From contig JBFMAF010000009.1 of assembly GCA_040755995.1 (NCBI GenBank), positions 1 to 64,000 of the forward strand: a stretch of 64,000 bases of DNA, given 5' to 3'. The position numbers and the translations under genes are program-made. The first letter of the stretch is position 1. Each line of letters starts with the position of its first letter. Origin of the DNA: Acidobacteriota bacterium. Its GTDB lineage: Bacteria > Acidobacteriota > CAIWXX01. Below, one piece after another: positions 46,729-56,900 of this stretch. The notes under the pieces were generated by a model. The model saw only the letters and a program-made list of their open reading frames with translations, was not told the DNA's origin and searched no databases.

Positions 46729-47542
46729 GAAGCCGCTCGTCGTTGCCACGGCGCTGGCCAAGACATTCCGCCGCGGGCGCGGGTTGGGCGCAGGCGTTCC
46801 AGCCGTGGACGGTGTGGACATCCAGATCGGCGCGGGAGAAATCGTCGCCCTGGTGGGGGAATCGGGAAGCGGCAAATCGACGCTCGGACGCCTCCTACTG
46901 CGGCTCCTGGAGCCGACTCGCGGCCAGGTCTTCTTCGACGGAATCGACCTGGCAGGCCTGTCCGACCGCGCGATGCGCCAGTTGCGCCGCCGAATGCAGA
47001 TCATCTTCCAGGACGCTTCGTCGTCCCTGGATCCCCTCTGGAGAGTGCGAGACCAGGTGGCCGAACCGCTCAGGATCCATCACTCTGAGCTGGGCGCGGG
47101 GGAAATCGAGAGGCGGGTCACGGCGCTAATGGATGAAGTCCGTCTCGGTGCGAACCTTATGCCCTGCTACCCGCACGAGCTCTCGGGCGGGCAGCGGCAG
47201 CGAGTCGTGATCGCTCGGGCGCTCGCGCTGTCCCCCGAGTTCCTCGTGGCCGACGAACCCGTATCCGCGCTTGACGCCAGCGTCAGGCAGCAGGTGATCG
47301 AGCTGCTGCTGGAGCTGCAGGCGAGGCGCCGTCTCGCAATGCTTTTCATCACGCACGACTTGCGCGTCGCACGACGCGTCAGCCAGCGCACCCTCGTGAT
47401 GTACGGCGGGAGGATCGTGGAGGCTGGATCGTCCGAATCGCTCTTCGCGACGCCTGCGCACCCGTACACGCGCTACCTGCTGGGGGCCGCGGCGGAGACA
47501 CGGAGAGACGGCGAGGGGACTCGCGTGGGAAAGCCGGTCTGA
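46721..47542 (+). CDS. oligopeptide/dipeptide ABC transporter ATPase (OppF/DppF-like)
   Basis: GESGSGKST, YPHELSGGQRQR, ADEPVSALD, HPYT. Confidence 0.9.
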   Translation: MLEKPLVVATALAKTFRRGRGLGAGVPAVDGVDIQIGAGEIVALVGESGSGKSTLGRLLLRLLEPTRGQVFFDGIDLAGLSDRAMRQLRRRMQIIFQDASSSLDPLWRVRDQVAEPLRIHHSELGAGEIERRVTALMDEVRLGANLMPCYPHELSGGQRQRVVIARALALSPEFLVADEPVSALDASVRQQVIELLLELQARRRLAMLFITHDLRVARRVSQRTLVMYGGRIVEAGSSESLFATPAHPYTRYLLGAAAETRRDGEGTRVGKPV

Positions 47543-47556
47543 AACATGAGGCGTCT

Positions 47557-48444
47557 ATGAAGATCGCTGCGGTCATCGTCAACTACAACGCGAAGGCGTT
47601 CATCCAGGACTGCGTGGCCTCGATCCAGAAGCAGACGCGGCCGCTCGACAGGATCATCGTCGTCGACAACGCGAGCACCGACGGGTCGCTCGATGCGTTG
47701 CGCGCTGTTGCCGGGATAGAGCTGATCCTGAACACCACGAACATCGGATTCGCCCCCGCGAACAATCAAGCCGTAGACCTTGTGAGGGATTCGCACGTTC
47801 TTTGCTGCAATGCCGACCTCGTGCTGGAACCGACCTTCCTCGAGAGATGCCTTAGGGCCATTGACGGAGACCAGGCTACCGGCATGATCACGGGGAAGAT
47901 CCTGCGCTTCGACCGGCGCACGATCGACTCGACCGGGCAGTTCCTGTCTGCCTCGCGCTGGCCGAAGGAACGCGGCTACGGGGAGATCAATCGCGGGCAG
48001 TACGATCGCGATGGGCCGGTGTTCTCGGTGTGCGCCGCCTGCGCGTTGTACAGACGCGAGATGATCGATCAGATCAGCGACGAGCGGGGGTTCTTCGACC
48101 GGCGCTACTTCGCGTTCTACGAGGACCTGGACGTCGGCTGGAGGGCGCAGAGGGCCGGGTGGGGAGGCGCCTACGTGCACGACGCCGTAGCGTACCACTT
48201 CCGGGGAGGCGTTTCAGGAGCCGGCCGGTTCTCATTCACACGGAAGAGCCCGGAAATACGCTTCCATGTGCTCAAGAACCGCTACCTGACCATTTCGAAG
48301 AACGACCGGCCGCTTTCGTTCATCCTGCACCTCCCGGCGATCATCGCCAGGGACGCCGTCCTGCTCGGGTACACCGCGCTCACAACCCCTGCGGTTCTCT
48401 GGCGCCTGGCGCGCTACTTCGGCGGCGGCCAGCACAGAACCTAG
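47557..48444 (+). CDS. glycosyltransferase family 2
   Basis: VIVNYN, VVDNASTDGS, NIGFAPANN, YEDLDVGWR. Confidence 0.92.
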   Translation: MKIAAVIVNYNAKAFIQDCVASIQKQTRPLDRIIVVDNASTDGSLDALRAVAGIELILNTTNIGFAPANNQAVDLVRDSHVLCCNADLVLEPTFLERCLRAIDGDQATGMITGKILRFDRRTIDSTGQFLSASRWPKERGYGEINRGQYDRDGPVFSVCAACALYRREMIDQISDERGFFDRRYFAFYEDLDVGWRAQRAGWGGAYVHDAVAYHFRGGVSGAGRFSFTRKSPEIRFHVLKNRYLTISKNDRPLSFILHLPAIIARDAVLLGYTALTTPAVLWRLARYFGGGQHRT

Positions 48445-48536
48445 CCGGCGTGAGCGCAGGATGCTGCGCATCAGTTGGCGACAGACGCGGTGACACGGAG
48501 ACGCGGTGCGCAACGTACGTGCCTGCGCCGCACCCC

Positions 48537-48580
48537 TTGACAAAACGTCGGACCCGGCCTATATTAGTTGCATGGTGCAA
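48537..48580 (+). promoter_or_regulatory. sigma70 promoter (probably leaderless) with MarR operator palindrome
   Basis: TTGACA-17-TATATT ending 6 nt before ATG 48572; TTGCA-tgg-TGCAA over the start codon. Confidence 0.7.
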
Positions 48581-49063
48581 GGATTGAACGCATCGAGGCT
48601 CTACCGGGCCCTGACCGATTTCGCGAGGCGGTATCAGTTCCGGAATCGCGACGAGGTATGCTGCTACGGGCTGACCATCTCGCAGTGCTATGCTCTGGAG
48701 CTGCTCGCCTGGGAGGGGGTCCTGGCGTCCTCGGCTCTGGCCTCGAGGTTGGGGCTGGATATCTCGTCGACGACACGACTCGTGGACCAGCTCGTACGCA
48801 AGAAGCTCGCCGTCCGGCGTCGAATGGCGCGCGATGCGCGGGTCAGAGAGATCGAGATCACCGATCCGGGACGGCGCCTGGTCGCACGCATCGAGGAGGA
48901 CTTTTCCACAATGCTGGCAGACGCCCTCAGGGATATGCCGCCCGCAGTCCTGAAAGCGCTGCCGGAGATCATCCGTCGTCTGACGGCGACGCTCGGCGGG
49001 AGCGATGCGGAGGCCTGCCGGTGCGGTCCCGCTTCCGCACAGGCAGAAGATGGGCGGGCGTAA
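48572..49063 (+). CDS. MarR family regulator, Cys-rich
   Basis: VCCYGLTISQCYAL...LGLDISSTTRLVDQL...DARVREIEITDPG; C-terminal CRC. Confidence 0.9.
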   Translation: MVQGLNASRLYRALTDFARRYQFRNRDEVCCYGLTISQCYALELLAWEGVLASSALASRLGLDISSTTRLVDQLVRKKLAVRRRMARDARVREIEITDPGRRLVARIEEDFSTMLADALRDMPPAVLKALPEIIRRLTATLGGSDAEACRCGPASAQAEDGRA

Positions 49064-49078
49064 GACTGACATTTGTTT

Positions 49079-49102
49079 TGCGATAATGATTGCACGGTAC
49101 AA
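49079..49102 (+). promoter_or_regulatory. second operator copy with extended -10-like element before arsM
   Basis: TGcGATAAT then TTGCA-cgg-TACAA, nearly identical to the 48568 palindrome. Confidence 0.55.
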
Positions 49103-49117
49103 CAATAGGAGGAAACC

Positions 49118-49957
49118 ATGGCAACGACCGAGGAACGAATCAAGCAGAACGTGCGGGAGCACTACACGAAGGCAGTGACGCGCGGGAGTTGCTGCGCAAG
49201 CACCCCGGCTCAATCGAGCTGCTGCGTCCCCGCTGACCAGGTCGGGTTCCATGCCGGCTACGGGGAGGAGGTCAAGACACTCCCGCAGGATGCCGTCATC
49301 AACAGCTTCGGCTGTGGAAACCCTCTGGCCTTCGCCGGTGTGGAGCCCGGGCATGTCGTGGTCGATATCGGGAGCGGCGCGGGGATCGACTGCTTGCTGG
49401 CGGCCCAGAAAGTGGGCCCGGCCGGGCGGGTCATCGGCATCGACATGACGCCGATGATGATCCAGAAGGCTCGGGAGAACGCCAGGCGCGCGGGCGCGGC
49501 CAACATCGAGTTCCGCCTGGGCGACGCCGAGTCGATGCCTGTGGAAGACGGCGTTGCCGACTGGATCATCTCGAACTGCGTCATCAACCTCTCACCCGAC
49601 AAGCCGCGCGTATTCCGCGAAGCCTATCGAGTGCTGCGGCCCGGCGGCCGCCTTTCGATCTCGGACATAATGGTCGAGGAGCTCCCCGACACCTTGAGAC
49701 AGTCGGCCGCGCTCTATTCATCCTGCGTCGCCGGTGCGATCCCTGAGGCGCAGTACCTGGATGGGATCCGCCAGGCGGGATTCAGCGACGTGAAGGTGAC
49801 CGAGCGTGTCATGTACGATCGAGACCAGATGCTGGCTCTCTTGGAGGACACTGATCTGACCAGGCGCATCGGCGGGCTGGCCGAATCGCCGGAGGCCCTG
49901 GTGGATCGATACCTGGTGGGCAAGATCTGGAGCGCCAAGGTGACGGCCCGGAAGTAG
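49118..49957 (+). CDS. arsM: arsenite S-adenosylmethionine methyltransferase
   Basis: N-terminal CC pairs, FGCGNP, DIGSGAGIDC, IISNCVINL, SSCVAGA. Confidence 0.9.
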   Translation: MATTEERIKQNVREHYTKAVTRGSCCASTPAQSSCCVPADQVGFHAGYGEEVKTLPQDAVINSFGCGNPLAFAGVEPGHVVVDIGSGAGIDCLLAAQKVGPAGRVIGIDMTPMMIQKARENARRAGAANIEFRLGDAESMPVEDGVADWIISNCVINLSPDKPRVFREAYRVLRPGGRLSISDIMVEELPDTLRQSAALYSSCVAGAIPEAQYLDGIRQAGFSDVKVTERVMYDRDQMLALLEDTDLTRRIGGLAESPEALVDRYLVGKIWSAKVTARK

Positions 49958-50102
49958 CAGGGGACGCTCTGGCGGCAGAAGGCTTCGTGGGGAGAGGCAG
50001 TGGCGCGGAGAACCGGCGAACCGGGGAAACGGAGACGGGGGGAGGGCGGGTCGCGCTCACACCGCGCGCCCTGCCGGCCGAATAGAGCCAGAGGAAGAGG
50101 CA

Positions 50103-50570
50103 ATGGAGGATGTGGAATTCACGCGGGCGGTGCCGGGCGATCTGGCGGAGATTCGGGCGCTTCTGGTGTCTGCAGAACTGCCGGCCGCCGACATCGAGCC
50201 GCATATCAGCAACTTCATCGTGGCAAGGGCTGGGCAGGAGCTGATCGGGTCCATCGGCATCGAGGTGGCAGGCGATGCCGGGCTGCTCCGATCGCTTGCC
50301 GTTCGGCCGCCGTACCGCGGTCGCGGTATCGCTGAGACACTATGCAGCCGTCTCGAGGGCTACGCGCGGGCGCTCGGCGTACGCCGGCTCTACTTGCTCA
50401 CCACCACCGCCGAGGGCTATTTCCGCAAGCGAGGGTATCAGCGCGTCCCGCGATCCGAAGCACCGGCAGGAGTGCAGTCCACCCACGAATTCCGATCGGC
50501 CTGCCCGTCGACTGCCGCGTGCATGCGGAAGGATCTTGTCGAGGCCGGGGCAGAAGCGGCGCGCACATAG
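50103..50570 (+). CDS. arsN2: arsenic-resistance GNAT acetyltransferase, ArsN2-like
   Basis: LLRSLAV..YRGRGIA, LYLLTTTAEGYF, EFRSACPSTA; follows arsM. Confidence 0.8.
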   Translation: MEDVEFTRAVPGDLAEIRALLVSAELPAADIEPHISNFIVARAGQELIGSIGIEVAGDAGLLRSLAVRPPYRGRGIAETLCSRLEGYARALGVRRLYLLTTTAEGYFRKRGYQRVPRSEAPAGVQSTHEFRSACPSTAACMRKDLVEAGAEAART

Positions 50571-50610
50571 CAAGCACGGAAACACCGCCGTCGTCTACGC
50601 CGAAGCGTTC

Positions 50611-51045
50611 TCAATTTCCAGGGAGGACGACTTCACGGATGACCGGAGCGCCGCGCCAGAGCCACATCATCGGCCGAATGGCGGTGACACGGATGACTGC
50701 GCCCCTGCGTAGGTTCGACGGTAGCGTGACTTCGTAGTGACGGTGCATTGGCAGAGGGTTGATCGAAGCCCATGGGTTGGACGGAACCGTATCCCGCCAG
50801 AACTGCGATCGACGGCCCCCCTCCACGATCTCCATCACCATCTCCGTCTGCCCGCGGCCCGGTGTTGTGACGTCGATATCCACCACCGGGGGGGTGCCGG
50901 GACAGAGCCTAAGTGTGACTTTCGGGGGCAGGGCCGCGCGAATTCCAGACAGAACGGCGAAGGGGACGTTCAGGAGCACGAACGCCAACAGAATTGCGCG
51001 GAGGATTCGATGGAACCGGGGCGGGCTTGGTTGCTCAACAAACAC
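50611..51045 (-). CDS. hypothetical membrane-anchored protein
   Basis: Hydrophobic N-terminal helix then beta-rich region; start uncertain. Confidence 0.4.
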   Translation of the reverse strand: MFVEQPSPPRFHRILRAILLAFVLLNVPFAVLSGIRAALPPKVTLRLCPGTPPVVDIDVTTPGRGQTEMVMEIVEGGRRSQFWRDTVPSNPWASINPLPMHRHYEVTLPSNLRRGAVIRVTAIRPMMWLWRGAPVIREVVLPGN

Positions 51046-51578
51046 GATAGCGAACTCCAGCGTGTCCCGCTAACTACACCCGGCCGCCACAGCGACAAGT
51101 CTATCACCTGATGCTGCCACACTCCACGGGACAGCGACCGCTCGTGCGCTCGCCCGCCTGTGCCTTCGCTTCGGAGGCGAACCGAGGGCGCGGCCGGCCG
51201 CTTCGGGGAAAATTGTCGTCAGTGGGTACGATAGGCCTCACGAGCTGCGAACGCTCGTACACGCCTCTGGCTCATTGGCCTGAGCGGGTTTGAAGGTTCT
51301 GCGCCTCCGTACTGCCGCAGAGATGGTGTACAGGTGGGCCCACGTGCTTATCACCCCACAGCCACGAGTCCCAGACAGACAGCCCGAATGAGGCGCCGCG
51401 GGAATTGGCACACATTGTGCAATTCCTACGGACATGGGAGCAGGCTCGGCGTCATGCACGGAGGAGGGAACATGACAACCCCGGATATGCCCAACGGGCG
51501 GACGCATACCCGGTGCATGACCCGGCTGCCCTCGGTGAGGGAAGTTCTCTTCTCGGCAACTCGAAAGGAGTCATCAAC

Positions 51579-53684
51579 ATGATCAGAACGACGATCGCCA
51601 TGATTCTGCTTGTGGCGGCGCTGGGGTGGCGGGCCCAGGCGGCTGCGACGGACGAGGGGGGCGCCGTGGTGCTCCAGTACACGTCGCCATCGGGACACGT
51701 CATCGGGTTCGAGGCCGGATCGATGTACGTGGCCTCGGCGGATCACGCGCTGAAGGTGGAGCTGGTGGGCGCTGATGCGGCCGTGACGCCAGTGGCCCGC
51801 GAGGCCTGTGTCGGCAGTGCCAAGCAAACGACCCAATCCCTCGCACACGTCACTTATCCCGGAGCATGGGAAGGTGTCACGGCAAGCTACGAAAGCGACC
51901 CGGGAGCCATCCTGAAGAGCTCCTACGTCATCGCCGCGGGATCGCGTGCGAATGCCGTGGACCAGATTCGACTGCGCTACAACCGCCCGGTGCACATCGA
52001 CGAGACTGGCCGATTGGTGATCGGGTTCGAGACAGGGCAAATGGTGGAAGAAGCCCCGGTCGCGTGGCAGGAGAAGGACGGCAAGAGGACGCCGGTCGCA
52101 GCGGAGTTTCGGAAGCTGGGCGAGTCGGAGGTCGGGTTCTGTGTCGGAAGCTACGATCGCTCGCTTCCTTTGCTCATCGATCCGGCGTTGACCTGGAACA
52201 CGTTTCTTGGCGGCGACGGCTCGGACTACGGATACGGAATCGCGTTGGACAGCGCGGGGAATATCTACTTGGTAGGCAAGAGCTCCATGACATGGGGCAC
52301 CCCCGTGAGGGGCTTTTCCGGTTCCAGCGGCGATGCGTTCGTCGCCAAGCTTGACGTCAACGGCACCCTGATCTGGAACACGTTCCTCGGGGGCAACCTC
52401 GATGATGTTGGGAATGGTATTGCGGTGGATGGGATCGGGAACGTCTATGTCGTCGGCCACAGCCGGGAAACTTGGGGCGCGCCCGTGCGCGCCTTCACGG
52501 CAGTATACGATGTTCTTGTCGCCAAGCTCGCCAACAACGGGGTGCTCCTGTGGAACACCTTCCTGGGGGGCAACGACTCCGATGTTGGCAATGGGATAGC
52601 GGTGGATGGCAGTGGAAGCGCCTACGTAACCGGCGAAAGCCGCATGACGTGGGGCACTCCCTCGAATCCGTATTCGGCAGGGTCGGATGCCTTTGCCGCA
52701 CAGGTCGCGGGCAACGGTGTCCTCACATGGAACACTTTCCTGGGCGGCACCGGCACCGACGCGGGGCGCGGCATCGCAACGGATGGCGTGGGTAGCTTAT
52801 ACCTCGTGGGCAACAGCGGGACCACATGGGGGTCACCCGTAAGACCCTATACCCAGTCCTATGACATCTTCGTCTGCAAGCTCCTCGCGGCCGACGGCTT
52901 CGCTATCTGGAACACCTTTCTCGGCGGAACGAGTGTCGACTTCGGAGAGGATATCGCGCTGGACGGGAGCGGGAACGCGTACGTCACCGGCGTCAGCTAT
53001 GCCACGTGGGGCGCTCCTGCGAGAGCCTTCACTGCCCTCATAGACGGGACCGTCGCGAAGCTCTCCTGCGCCGACGGCGCACTTGGCTGGAATACATTCC
53101 TGGGCGGAAGCGGCAGTGATTATGGGAACAGCATCGCAGTCGATAGTGCCGGAAACGTTTACGCAACGGGCAGTAGTCCTTCATCGTGGGGTTCTCCCAC
53201 GAGGCCTTACGCTGGAGGCCTTGATGCCTATATCGCCGGGTTGGCCGTCACCGATGGATCCCTGAAGTGGAACGAATTCCTGGGGAGCGATTCGAATGAC
53301 CACGGTTTCGGCGTCGCAGCCGGCGGCAGTGGTAAGAGGTATGTCGCAGGTTACAGCGCCCTCACGTGGGGGTCACCACTGGTCCCGCACGCTCTCTGGG
53401 GGGACGCGTTCGTGGCGTTGTTGACTGCGAACGACCCGGTTGTCACCAAGATCACGTCGAAGACCAGCAGGCCGGACAGCCCCGCAACCATAAAGGGAAC
53501 AGGTTTCTCAGCTGACAAGACGAAGAACGTCGTCTACTTCGGCACGAAGAAGGCCACCATCAACAACGCAACGACGACCAGGTTGAAAGTCACCATTCCA
53601 CGCCGGGTCAAGAAGGGCCTGGTGGACGTGTATGTCATGGTCAACGGCCAGAAGAGCAACGTGGTGAAGTTCCAGGTGAAATAA
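51579..53684 (+). CDS. secreted SBBP beta-propeller repeat protein with C-terminal IPT/TIG domain
   Basis: AAGGAG RBS, signal peptide; PLLIDP then seven WN(T/E)FLG(G/S) repeats with GIAxDxxGNxY; ATIKGTGFS...VYFG. Confidence 0.88.
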   Translation: MIRTTIAMILLVAALGWRAQAAATDEGGAVVLQYTSPSGHVIGFEAGSMYVASADHALKVELVGADAAVTPVAREACVGSAKQTTQSLAHVTYPGAWEGVTASYESDPGAILKSSYVIAAGSRANAVDQIRLRYNRPVHIDETGRLVIGFETGQMVEEAPVAWQEKDGKRTPVAAEFRKLGESEVGFCVGSYDRSLPLLIDPALTWNTFLGGDGSDYGYGIALDSAGNIYLVGKSSMTWGTPVRGFSGSSGDAFVAKLDVNGTLIWNTFLGGNLDDVGNGIAVDGIGNVYVVGHSRETWGAPVRAFTAVYDVLVAKLANNGVLLWNTFLGGNDSDVGNGIAVDGSGSAYVTGESRMTWGTPSNPYSAGSDAFAAQVAGNGVLTWNTFLGGTGTDAGRGIATDGVGSLYLVGNSGTTWGSPVRPYTQSYDIFVCKLLAADGFAIWNTFLGGTSVDFGEDIALDGSGNAYVTGVSYATWGAPARAFTALIDGTVAKLSCADGALGWNTFLGGSGSDYGNSIAVDSAGNVYATGSSPSSWGSPTRPYAGGLDAYIAGLAVTDGSLKWNEFLGSDSNDHGFGVAAGGSGKRYVAGYSALTWGSPLVPHALWGDAFVALLTANDPVVTKITSKTSRPDSPATIKGTGFSADKTKNVVYFGTKKATINNATTTRLKVTIPRRVKKGLVDVYVMVNGQKSNVVKFQVK

Positions 53685-53912
53685 CGGCGGCAGCACTGGG
53701 CGCCTGAGAGGAGTCGCGGGCGGCATTGGAAATCGCTTCGTTCACTGTTGGTGCGACGAGCGGGTGAAGGGGATCGCTGCGTTCAGCGCGACAGGCGGAG
53801 GAAAGGGGCAACGCCGGAGCGTGCCCGTTCCCGATTCCGGCCGGGTACGGGCATCAGCTTTCGGCCTGTGTAGGGGTACGGGACGGTCTGGTCGGTTGGC
53901 GATACTGCCCCG

Positions 53913-56900
53913 CTACAGTTTCCGGAAGGACTCGATGGAGGACATCAACTTGGGGAGGCGTCCCTGGCAGGAGGTCTCCTCGGTCTTCCACTCGGTGCAT
54001 TCGTTGTTCGTGGCGGTGGCACAGTAGCGGTCCTGTAGACTTGACTTGAATTCTCCTTCAAGGTGGTGGCCGAACCACTGATCCATTAAGAACTTGCCTT
54101 CTCCGGTGAAGCTCCCGGTCTCCTTCGTTGACAGCTCGTGCTCGTTCATGCGCCAGTCTGCATCGGACGAGAATGTACCGTCGATCCGGAGCTGGTCCGC
54201 AACGAATGTGCCTTCGCCGGAAATCACGTGCCGCACCTTGCCATCTCCGATGTAGGGCTCGCTCCATTCCTTCGAGAATCGGAATCTGCCGTCGACCCCG
54301 ACCTGTACCTGCAGCGTGACCGTGAATCTCAAGAAGCTCCAGTAGTGGTTCATGGCGGCGCATTCGGAACCTGCATCCGGGGTCTCCGCGGTGATGTCCA
54401 GGCTCAACTCGTAGTTGCCGACCGGCTCACCGCCGACAGTGTCCGACGGCCTGCTCTCGAGGTAGACTGGATCGCCATTCTCATTCCTGCCGATCTCCAC
54501 GGCACTGCTCACGGCCACTCTCGGTATCCCGTGCCCCGCCCAGCTCGGGATCTCTTCGGCCTTCATTTCGATGCGGCAGTTGACCCGGTCGACCGCCGGT
54601 TCCATCGCCCTGCTCTTGAGCTCGTTCACATAGATGAAATAGCGGAACTCAGGCGCCCCCGCGCACGCGCCCTCCTGCGCGGCGGGAGGCGCTTTCCATG
54701 TCAGCACCAACTTGCCCCTGTCCACTTCCGCCGCAAGCTCCGCAGGCGGTTCCAGCGCGAACACCTTCGCCGGCTTGAAGCCGCGGACGTAGCCTGATCC
54801 AGTCTGCCCGGTGTCCACCACGTAGATGAAGGCGTCCTCGGCGAAGTCCATCTTGGTTGCGGCGTAGTCAGAGCTGAGCGGCGCCTGGTCCAGATCCCGG
54901 AGCTCCTGCACTTCCTCTTCCGATGCCTTCTCGCGGAAGAATACGCCTCTCTGGTTCCTGTCCTTCGGGAACCACTCCCGCGGAACTATCGCCGCGAGCT
55001 CGACGTTCTTCCGCTTCGGGCTCCTGAATTTCAAGAACTGGATCGACCACGACTTGATCAGGTTGTCGTCGATCTCGGTGCAGGCCGTCTGGCTGAAGTC
55101 GTAGAGCGCCGGCGTGAGACCGAACTCGGAGGTAGCATCCTTACTGTACGGGGAGTCCTGAAAAGGCCCGGATGTGTTCCCCGATTTCACATACTTGACC
55201 CAGTACGGCGCACTCTTGCCAAACTGCGCAGTTTCCTGGTCGCCCTTGAGGATCCTGGTCCTGGCGAAATCCAAGAAATACTCCCCGAGTTTCCTCTCAT
55301 CGTCCCCCGCAGCCCACAAGAGCGCCTTGAAATTCGCGTTGTACCGGTTGCTTGCCCACGCACCGAGAATGTCACGCTGAAAAGAAAGGGGATCGCCTGC
55401 CTCGAGTGGAACGCGCAGCGAGCCGGCGTCGGCGGAGCACAGAGGCGAGGCGCCTCCGATTTCAAATCGCCGGTCCCTGAGGTACTCGAGAAACCAGCTC
55501 AGCGAGTAGCCGAACTTGCGCACAGGGACTTCCTGCCAGAACCATGCATCAGGTCCGCTCTTGAGGCTGTTGCGGAAGCCCAGGTACTGGGCCAACATCA
55601 GCCCATCCTGGCATGAGTACGGGCGTCCCGCGGCCGTGTAGCAAGCCTCTGCCTCTCGTTCCATCAGCAGTGCGGAGGCCTCCACGAACGGCAAATGTCC
55701 GTTCCGGTCGATCCAGACGTAGCCCGTCTGGTAGTGGTGAAAGAGCTCGTGCAGTGTCGCCGAGCTAAGCACTTCCGGCTTCAGATCCGCGGGCAGTACG
55801 AGATAGCGCCGGCCGGACCAGGGATTGTGCAGGTAGCCGTCATAACCCCGGAATGACGGTATGATGTAGACAGGCAGATTGCAGAAGGGGCGGCGGAACT
55901 TGCGCTTGTCCTCCAGGTACCGCCGCGCGAAATCGAGCGCCTTTTCGACGGCCACGGCCTGCTCGGGCATGATGAGGCTGCGCTTCAGGCGCGCCTCCTC
56001 GATGCGAAAATCCCACGCCAGATCGGGCGGCCAGCTGCCCGGGTCCGCATTCATCAGCCGATTGTTCGCCATCGTGCGGCGCCTGATGGCTTCGCGTCCC
56101 GCTTCGAAGGCCGACACGTCGTAGGGCATCAGGCCCGTACCCGGGTCAAGGCCCGGCATCTTCAGACTGTAGTAGATCTCGAGTCCCACCGGGTCGAGCT
56201 TGCTATTTCCCAGAAAGCCGATCCGCTTGAACGGCGCATACTCCTGGAACTGGCTCGGGAACTCGTCGGGGAAGATGACCAGGCTGACCAGCGCGACCCC
56301 TGTCGCGACACCCGTGATCACGGCGCCGATGATCGAGAAGTGCCGCGTGGTGAAAACCAGGTTGTCGCCCTCCATGGTGTACGGAAGGCTGTCCCAGGTC
56401 TTGCCGTCGAGGCTGATGACAGGCTGCACAATCTGCCGGCCCGCGGCCCGGACCTGCGTGGTGTCGACCGCGATGCGCACATCCTCGGAGTAGAGACCCG
56501 CTTCGCTGCCAGCGTCTACTTCGAAAGCCAGGCCCAGTTCGGCCGGTTTCGCGCTCTCGCCCTCTGCGAGTGAAACTGAGAGGTTGGCAGGAGGCGGCAC
56601 GCGCACCTCGTACAGGGAGATCTCGCGGTCCTCGGGCAGGCATTTCGCGGGAAACCGGACGCTGATGCCCGGAGCCTGAAGGCTGCCGCCGGCTGTCGTG
56701 GAGATCTTCCCGCTCGCGAGCTTTCTGACGCGCTCGACAGGGATCGGGGTTCCAGGTCTGATGCCGTAGTCCAGGCCCGTCAACGGCTTTTCCACAGCGG
56801 CCTCCGCGCCGCCCTGACCTTCCTGCGGCGATGCGCCCCTTCCTCTGACCAGGTGAATCCCCAGCCACACCAAACCGGCTGCAGCAAGGCTCGCGAAGAC

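Noticed and set aside
51100..51570. Riboswitch in the long leader of the SBBP gene
   Set aside because: No recognisable c-di-GMP, cobalamin, TPP or other aptamer consensus
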